Part shown: positions 58,670 through 64,000 of the stretch, piece by piece
Layout: each line of letters opens with the position of its first letter
How positions within the stretch are numbered: position 1 is the stretch's first letter
Source of the DNA: Gemmatimonadaceae bacterium
Lineage (GTDB): Bacteria > Gemmatimonadota > Gemmatimonadetes > Gemmatimonadales > Gemmatimonadaceae
NCBI GenBank assembly: GCA_044224875.1
Contig: JBGAJQ010000017.1
Coordinates: 1 to 64,000 of the forward strand
Direction: 5' to 3'
Length of the DNA stretch: 64,000 bases
Position numbers and translations under genes: made by a program
The notes under the pieces: model-generated
The model's input: the letters and a program-made list of their open reading frames with translations, nothing else
Told to the model about the DNA's origin: nothing
Database searches by the model: none

Positions 58670-59848
58670 ATGATCGACGTCCCGCGCGGCGACGCCGTCG
58701 CGTTGACGCGCGCCCTGGTGCGCATCGATTCCCGCAATCCCACCCTCGTTCGGGGCGGACCGGGTGAAGGCGAGGTGGGCGACTTTCTCGCCCAGGTGCT
58801 GCGGACGTGGGGCCTGCGCGTGGAGCTGCAGGAGGTGGCGGAAGGCCGGCGCAACGTGGTGGCTCGGATCGGCAACGCCAAACCCGGCGCGCCGACCTTG
58901 ATGTTCAATGGTCACCTCGACGTGGTGGATGTCGAAGGCATGCGCCACGCGCCATTCGAGGCGGAGTCGCGTGACGGGCGCATTTACGGGCGAGGCGCCG
59001 CGGACATGAAGAGTGGGGTCGCCGCCATGTGCGCGGCCGCAGTCCGAGCTGCCGACACCGGTCTCACGGGCGAGGTGATCGTGGCGGCGGTGGTGGACGA
59101 GGAGTTCCAGAGTATCGGGACCCGTGCCCTGGTGGAACGCGGCATCCGGGCGGACGCCGCCATCGTGACCGAGCCGACGTCCCTGGCCATTGACCCGGCC
59201 CACAAGGGCTTCACCTGGGTGGAGGTGGTGACCCGAGGTCGCGCCGCGCACGGGAGTCGCTACGAGATTGGCGTCGATGCCATTCGTCACGCCGGATTGC
59301 TGCTGGCAGAGTTGCAGCGTCTTGAGCTCGAGGAACTTACGCAGCGCACGCACGCGCTGCTCGGTCGCGCCTCGCTGCATGCGGCGACCATCGCTGGGGG
59401 TGTGGCATGGTCCACCTATCCCGACAGCTGCACGCTCACGATCGAGCGACGCACGTTGCCCGGGGAGCGCACAGACGACGTGATGCGTGAGATTCGTGAG
59501 GCGTGTGCGCGGGTCGGCACCCGCACCGAAGGGTTCGACGCCGAGGTGCGGCATGTCTTTTCCCAGGAACCATCGGACGTGGCGACGGATGCTCCGATCG
59601 TCATGGCGTTAGGCGCCGCCCTTCGCAGCGAGTCAGAGCGTGTCTCCCTCCAGGGCATGACCGCCTGGACGGACGCCGCGCTGCTGAACGCGGCCGGCAT
59701 CCCAGCGATCCTCTTTGGCCCGGGTGACATTGCCCAGGCGCATGCCGCCGAAGAATGGGTCGAGACCGACCAGGTGGAGCGCGCAGCACGGGTCCTCGCT
59801 CGGCTGGCATCCACATGGTGCAGCGAAGGTGCGCCGTGGCGCGGCTGA
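58670..59848 (+). CDS. M20 family ArgE/DapE-like deacylase
   Basis: MFNGHLDVV, GRGAADMKSG, VVDEE, IVTEPT, GRAAHGS, FGPG....AH..EE. Confidence 0.92.
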   Translation: MIDVPRGDAVALTRALVRIDSRNPTLVRGGPGEGEVGDFLAQVLRTWGLRVELQEVAEGRRNVVARIGNAKPGAPTLMFNGHLDVVDVEGMRHAPFEAESRDGRIYGRGAADMKSGVAAMCAAAVRAADTGLTGEVIVAAVVDEEFQSIGTRALVERGIRADAAIVTEPTSLAIDPAHKGFTWVEVVTRGRAAHGSRYEIGVDAIRHAGLLLAELQRLELEELTQRTHALLGRASLHAATIAGGVAWSTYPDSCTLTIERRTLPGERTDDVMREIREACARVGTRTEGFDAEVRHVFSQEPSDVATDAPIVMALGAALRSESERVSLQGMTAWTDAALLNAAGIPAILFGPGDIAQAHAAEEWVETDQVERAARVLARLASTWCSEGAPWRG

Positions 59849-60057
59849 CGCCGGCGGACTATGACGCGCTGGAGGGCGCCATCCGCGACGGACGTCGCGT
59901 CGCGGTCGTGCGCCACGGCATGGAGTTGGTGGTGCTGCCGGTGCGCATTTATCCCAGAAATGGCGGCGAAGTCCTCGAGGCCAAGCACCCGTCGACCGGA
60001 GAACGCGTGACGTTTGAGCTGGCACACATCGAGTCATTCGAGGTGGTGCGGTGGTAG
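59836..60057 (+). CDS. Small protein with WYL/Sm-like pattern (73 aa)
   Basis: GTG 59836: LEGAIRDGRRVAV......VLPVRI......LEAKH..TGERVTFEL.HIESFEV; overlaps both neighbours. Confidence 0.7.
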   Translation: MARLTPADYDALEGAIRDGRRVAVVRHGMELVVLPVRIYPRNGGEVLEAKHPSTGERVTFELAHIESFEVVRW

Positions 60058-60665
60058 GCGATCCGCCCCTCGTCGCTGTCTATGCTGACGAGTCCTGCTT
60101 GGGCAACGGGCGTGATGGCGAAAACCCCGGCGGCGCAGGTGTCCTTGTGGAGTACCTCCTGAAGGGAGAGTGCCGTCGCTTTGACCTGTGGGTATCGGAG
60201 CCGGCAACCACGAACAATCGGATGGCACTGCGTTCCGTGATCGAGACTTTTCGCGCGCTCTCGCGTAAGGGACGCACGCTGCGCGTCGTCTTCACCACGG
60301 ACTCGCGTTACATCGTGGACGGCATGTCACAATGGGTGCACGATTGGGCTAGGCGTGGCTGGCGCCGGAAGAGCGGCGCCATTGAGAACCTCGAGTTGTG
60401 GCAGGAAGCCGTGGAGGTTGCCCGCCCACACGAGGTCTCGTGGCGCTGGGTGCGCGGGCACAACGGCCATGCGCAAAACGAGTATGCCAATGACCTCGCG
60501 GTGCGCGCCGCCGAAACGCTTACCATCTCCGACTCACTCGTCGATAGCGAGTTCCAACAGTGGCTGGACGCGCGCAAGACAAAGCTCACCCCCGATCCCT
60601 TTCCCGATGCCACAGCCTTCCGCGCCGGATCGCGGTTACCGAGTGCTGCGGGGGCGCGTCCGTGA
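60051..60665 (+). CDS. rnhA: Ribonuclease HI (atypical active site)
   Basis: VYADESCLGN...NPGGAG, TTNNRMAL, TDSRY..DGM..W...W.RRGW, N.ELW, WRWVRGH.GH..NE. Confidence 0.85.
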   Translation: MVGDPPLVAVYADESCLGNGRDGENPGGAGVLVEYLLKGECRRFDLWVSEPATTNNRMALRSVIETFRALSRKGRTLRVVFTTDSRYIVDGMSQWVHDWARRGWRRKSGAIENLELWQEAVEVARPHEVSWRWVRGHNGHAQNEYANDLAVRAAETLTISDSLVDSEFQQWLDARKTKLTPDPFPDATAFRAGSRLPSAAGARP

Positions 60666-60716
60666 TCGTCTGCTCTCTTCACGCCCTTTGGCCCCGAGAC
60701 CGGGGTATGTTATCGC

Positions 60717-61451
60717 ATGGACGAACTTGATCGAGTCTACCGACGCCTGGTCCAGAACATCCGGGCCGCGTTTCCAGAACTGCTGACGCGTCCGTTCGAG
60801 GTCGCGAAGATCTACCAGCAAGTCATTCCCTATCGCACGAATCGCCGCGAACTGGGGTTCGAGACCAATGAGGATTACGAGCTCACGCTCACGCAGCTCC
60901 TTTCTGGAGCGCGGGGCCTCCTCATGGGTGACGACGAAATGCAGAACGCCCTGCGCGGGGAACTCGAGTCTCCGAACCCGGACCTTTCCGCGTATCGAGC
61001 GTTCGCTACATCCATGGTGACGCTTGCACCGGAGGCGCTGCGCGCCTTGGACGCGCAACCGGCCATGCGGCCGACGCCTACTGCCAGCGACCTGCCCCCG
61101 GCCGCTCGGTCTGCAATCGACCAGGCTCGCCTTGCGTCGCGCGCGACCGAAGAAGTCGTTACGCGACGCGCCGGCGACGTTGCCCCTTCGCATGGAGCTG
61201 GAGCCTCGCCGCCATTGGGATCGCGCGGTCGCGTCGAGCGACCGGCGACAGCTGCACCGGCAATTGCCGCGAGTTCGGCGCCTAGCGGACCAGGTTGCCC
61301 GTACTGCGCAGGAACGCTGCCGGAAGGCAAGCAAGTAGTGTTCTGCCCGCACTGTGGCCAGGATCTCACCGTGAAGCATTGCCCGGCTTGCAACACGGAG
61401 CTGGAAGTTGGCTGGAAGTTCTGCATCACCTGCGGCCGAGGGGTGGAGTAG
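60717..61451 (+). CDS. Double zinc-ribbon domain protein
   Basis: Helical N-domain, Pro/Ala linker, C-terminal CPYC..CPHC..CPAC..CITC. Confidence 0.8.
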   Translation: MDELDRVYRRLVQNIRAAFPELLTRPFEVAKIYQQVIPYRTNRRELGFETNEDYELTLTQLLSGARGLLMGDDEMQNALRGELESPNPDLSAYRAFATSMVTLAPEALRALDAQPAMRPTPTASDLPPAARSAIDQARLASRATEEVVTRRAGDVAPSHGAGASPPLGSRGRVERPATAAPAIAASSAPSGPGCPYCAGTLPEGKQVVFCPHCGQDLTVKHCPACNTELEVGWKFCITCGRGVE

Positions 61452-61529
61452 TCACGCGAACTTGACGGCGCGACGCCGGGTATGCTGACGGACCGAAACA
61501 CATCCCCTTTTGGTGCGTTGTGAGAGCGT

Positions 61530-62684
61530 ATGTTCGTCACGAAGAATACTCGGCGCTTTGCCGGGGTTGCCTGGGCGCTGGGCGCGATCGCTTGCGCGCC
61601 GCGAGGACCGGTCGTCGTACAGGCCACGCCCGCGGATGCGGAGGAGCCCAGGACGACCACCGGAGGGAGCGCCCCTCCAGCCACACGATCCACGGTTCGC
61701 GACGTGGTGTGGCGCGTATACGCTCGCGACCACGTGGATTTGTGGCTGCACGGTTTTGCCATGTTGCAGGGCGACTCCACGCTCATACCGTACTATCGGC
61801 CGGGCTACCGGGAGCAGCTGACGAGAATCCGGCGTGAGCGCGGCGTCACGAGTTCGCTGGACGCGAATCGTGACCGTCTTGCGAGTTACCTCGCGGCCAA
61901 TCCTCGGCTGATCGCCGCACAGTTCATCCCGCTGTACTTCGAGACATGGGACGCGATGCGTCAGGGGTTCGACCTGTTCCTTCGCGCGAACGGCAATCCG
62001 CGGTACGGTCGTGACGACTACGCCTCGCGTGTGATCGCCACGTTTGCCGCGTCATTCCCGAACAGCGCGGACCGGGATTGGGCGCGCAGTTTTGTCCAGG
62101 CGTTGGATGACGAACGGGTGCGGTTCTACCGCGACTACTGGCTGTCCGAGACACGAGCACGAGAGGGCGCACGAACGGTGTTCGAGCGGATGTGGCAGGA
62201 CACGTACCGCCAACGACTGCGTCCTTTCTTCGTGAACGCGCAACAGGATGACGGGGACCTTCTGCTGTCACTGCCGTTAGGCGGGGAGGGACGCACGGTG
62301 CCAGTCGGCCGGCGCGAGAACTATGTCGCGGTTACCTATCCTGAGAATGAAGCTCGTGCAACGGATGCGTTGTTTGTGCTGGCACACGAAGTGGCTGGCG
62401 CACCCGCAGCGCTGGCGATTCGCGACAATACGACGCCAGCGGAGCAACGAGACGGGACGAGCGACCGCTACGCGAGCTTGGGTGCGGTGCGTGGGGGCGC
62501 TGCCATTCTCGCACGCGTGGCGCCGGAGCTCGTGGCGAACTATCAGCGATACTACCTGGGCGTGGCGCGCGCGTCGGTCCCAGAGGGAGATCCTGCCGCC
62601 GCCTTCGAGCGCACCTTCCCGCTCCCCAGCGCGATCCGTGACGCAATCGTCCGTCAAGTCGATATGATTCTCGGAGGCATCTGA
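61530..62684 (+). CDS. Hypothetical lipoprotein
   Basis: 384 aa ORF; lipobox AIAC; no family recognised. Confidence 0.7.
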   Translation: MFVTKNTRRFAGVAWALGAIACAPRGPVVVQATPADAEEPRTTTGGSAPPATRSTVRDVVWRVYARDHVDLWLHGFAMLQGDSTLIPYYRPGYREQLTRIRRERGVTSSLDANRDRLASYLAANPRLIAAQFIPLYFETWDAMRQGFDLFLRANGNPRYGRDDYASRVIATFAASFPNSADRDWARSFVQALDDERVRFYRDYWLSETRAREGARTVFERMWQDTYRQRLRPFFVNAQQDDGDLLLSLPLGGEGRTVPVGRRENYVAVTYPENEARATDALFVLAHEVAGAPAALAIRDNTTPAEQRDGTSDRYASLGAVRGGAAILARVAPELVANYQRYYLGVARASVPEGDPAAAFERTFPLPSAIRDAIVRQVDMILGGI

Positions 62685-62693
62685 CTTCCGCTC

Positions 62694-63548
62694 ATGGCCG
62701 ACGAACCGTCTCCCTCCCAACCCTCCCCGCTCGTTCCGGCAGCCCTGGACCGGGCCGCGCTTGAACGCGTGCTGGCGCGCGCGGCCGAACTTCAGGCGCA
62801 CACGGCCGAGCCGGCCGAAGGCATGAGTGAAGCGCAGCTCGAAGCGTTAGGCGCCGAAGTGGGTATTTCAAAGGAGCACGTTCGTCAGGCAATCGCCGAA
62901 GAGCGGACGCGTGTCGCGGTCCCGGACGAGCGAGGCTTCGTCGGCGCGTGGTTTGGCCCTGCGTTCGCGACGGCCTCGCGCGTGGTTCGCGGCAAGCCGG
63001 AGCAGGTATTGGCTCTTCTGGATCAGTGGATGCAGACCGAAGAGGGCTTGCGCCCACGTCGGCGCTTTGCCGACCGACGGACGTGGGAGGCTCGGCGCGA
63101 CTTCATCTCGTCTCTGCAGACGGGCTTCAACATCAAGGGCCGCGCTTACGCGCTCACTCTATCGACAGAAGTCGCAGCAACGGTCGTGGCAGTGGACAGC
63201 GAGCGCGTGATTGTCCGGCTGGATGCTGACGTTCACACGTCGAGGCGCCGCGTAGCGGTCTGGACGGGAATCGCTACCGGCGGGATGTGGACGACGGCTG
63301 CTGGCCTGGTGGGCGCGGCGGCTAGCATACCGAATGCGTCGATGCTGGTCGCCGGGGTCGTGGCAACCGTTTGGTCGCTCGTTGGTGCCGCGATAGGCGT
63401 TGGTCTGGCCGGCAGCCAGCGGCGGCGCACGTCGCGGGCCCAACTCGCGTTGGAGCAGATCCTCGACCGGTTGGAGCGAGGGGAGATACAGCAGCCGCGT
63501 GGGGGAGCCACCGCGCTGCTCGACCTGCTGGTCCCGACGCGACGCTGA
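62694..63548 (+). CDS. Hypothetical membrane protein
   Basis: N-terminal helical ERVLARAAELQ...L...G.EVGI motif and two C-terminal TM helices. Confidence 0.7.
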   Translation: MADEPSPSQPSPLVPAALDRAALERVLARAAELQAHTAEPAEGMSEAQLEALGAEVGISKEHVRQAIAEERTRVAVPDERGFVGAWFGPAFATASRVVRGKPEQVLALLDQWMQTEEGLRPRRRFADRRTWEARRDFISSLQTGFNIKGRAYALTLSTEVAATVVAVDSERVIVRLDADVHTSRRRVAVWTGIATGGMWTTAAGLVGAAASIPNASMLVAGVVATVWSLVGAAIGVGLAGSQRRRTSRAQLALEQILDRLERGEIQQPRGGATALLDLLVPTRR

Positions 63549-63604
63549 AGTGACCTGACCCCGCGACACTTACCGCACGCCAAGCGTGTGGACACGTTTC
63601 CCGT

Positions 63605-64000
63605 ATGAGCGAGATCCAGCGCGTGGGTGTGGTTGGTGGCGGCCTGATGGGCGCAGGTATTGTCCAAGTCGCCGCCACGTCCGGCTTTCAGGTCGTCTGC
63701 CGCGAGGTGAGTAACACCCACTGCGAGCGAGCCCACAGCGCGGTGCGTCGCAACCTCGACAAGGGGGTGGAGAAAGGGAAGTTGACGGCGACGGTGCGCG
63801 ATGCCTCGTTAGGCAGGGTGCAGTTTGTCACCGACCTGGCGGCCGTTGCCCACACGGACCTGGTGGTGGAAGCAATCGTCGAAGACCTCACGGAAAAGTT
63901 AGCCCTGTGGAGGGCATTGGACGCTCTGGCACCGGCGGCGACGCTGTTCGCTTCCAATACCTCCAGCCTGTCCATTGCGAGTCAGGCGTCCGCGACCACA
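63605..64000 (+). CDS. 3-hydroxyacyl(butyryl)-CoA dehydrogenase (runs off window)
   Basis: Hand translation MSEIQRVGVVGGGLMGAGIVQV...DLVVEAIVEDL..K...FASNTSSLSI. Confidence 0.92.
   Translation, partial: MSEIQRVGVVGGGLMGAGIVQVAATSGFQVVCREVSNTHCERAHSAVRRNLDKGVEKGKLTATVRDASLGRVQFVTDLAAVAHTDLVVEAIVEDLTEKLALWRALDALAPAATLFASNTSSLSIASQASATT

Larger units (their letters stand above)
1166..63813. repeat. Dispersed over-represented heptamer CCTAACG/CGTTAGG (39 exact copies by hand count)
   Basis: CCTAACG at 1166, 1409, 2179, 2943, 2994, 8339, 14982, 15566, 19718, 24108, 24491, 27684, 28011, 30137, 31459, 31738, 33058, 36943, 37273, 43538, 43868, 46397, 48789, 51456, 52878. CGTTAGG at 1981, 8776, 9570, 17513, 21917, 29703, 33425, 39055, 40878, 58511, 59607, 62275, 62845, 63807. 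Confidence 0.85.

Noticed and set aside
62370..62400. LAHEVAG as a zinc-metalloprotease motif in the 384-aa lipoprotein
   Set aside because: The second His of HExxH is missing, so a peptidase call is not supported.
1..64000. Mobile elements, tRNA/rRNA, defence systems
   Set aside because: No transposase, integrase, phage, cas or restriction-modification motifs and no cloverleaf or rRNA-like segment were seen by eye; a tRNAscan/Infernal run would be needed to exclude small RNAs.

Overview
High-GC bacterial chromosomal window (about 65-67% GC by eye), gene-dense. I found no rRNA, tRNA, CRISPR array, transposase or prophage gene. The gene content (orphan duplicated ABC permease, many secreted lipoproteins, TonB receptors with N-terminal carboxypeptidase-regulatory-like domains) suggests Gemmatimonadota; this is an inference. 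Left to right: (1) chemotaxis cluster cheA-cheW-MCP-[MFS]-cheY-cheB-cheR on the minus strand, with a soluble globin-PAS-PAS chemoreceptor and two sigma28-like promoters; (2) ompW; (3) a LacI-controlled beta-glucan utilisation locus, probably beta-1,2-glucan (TonB receptor, GH144-like glucanase, sugar ABC transporter, large discoidin/(alpha/alpha)6 enzyme, GH1); (4) housekeeping and metabolic genes (DmpA-like peptidase, cyclophilin, omega-aminotransferase, sucB, lpdA, class V aminotransferase, serA, DUF1015); (5) three paralogous HAF-type beta-propeller lipoproteins, a secreted (alpha/alpha)6 glycosidase, and an HmuY-like/TonB receptor pair behind a NarL-type two-component system; (6) ECF sigma factor, CoA transferase, PhaF-like protein, GHMP kinase, M20 deacylase, an atypical RNase HI and a double-zinc-ribbon protein. 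The most striking signal not explained by the genes is the non-palindromic heptamer CCTAACG/CGTTAGG. I counted 39 exact copies by hand; they are written into coding sequences through rare codons and supply the stop codons of six genes. Several genes between about 41.8 and 55.3 kb carry frameshifts or apparent internal deletions, which may be consensus errors rather than biology.
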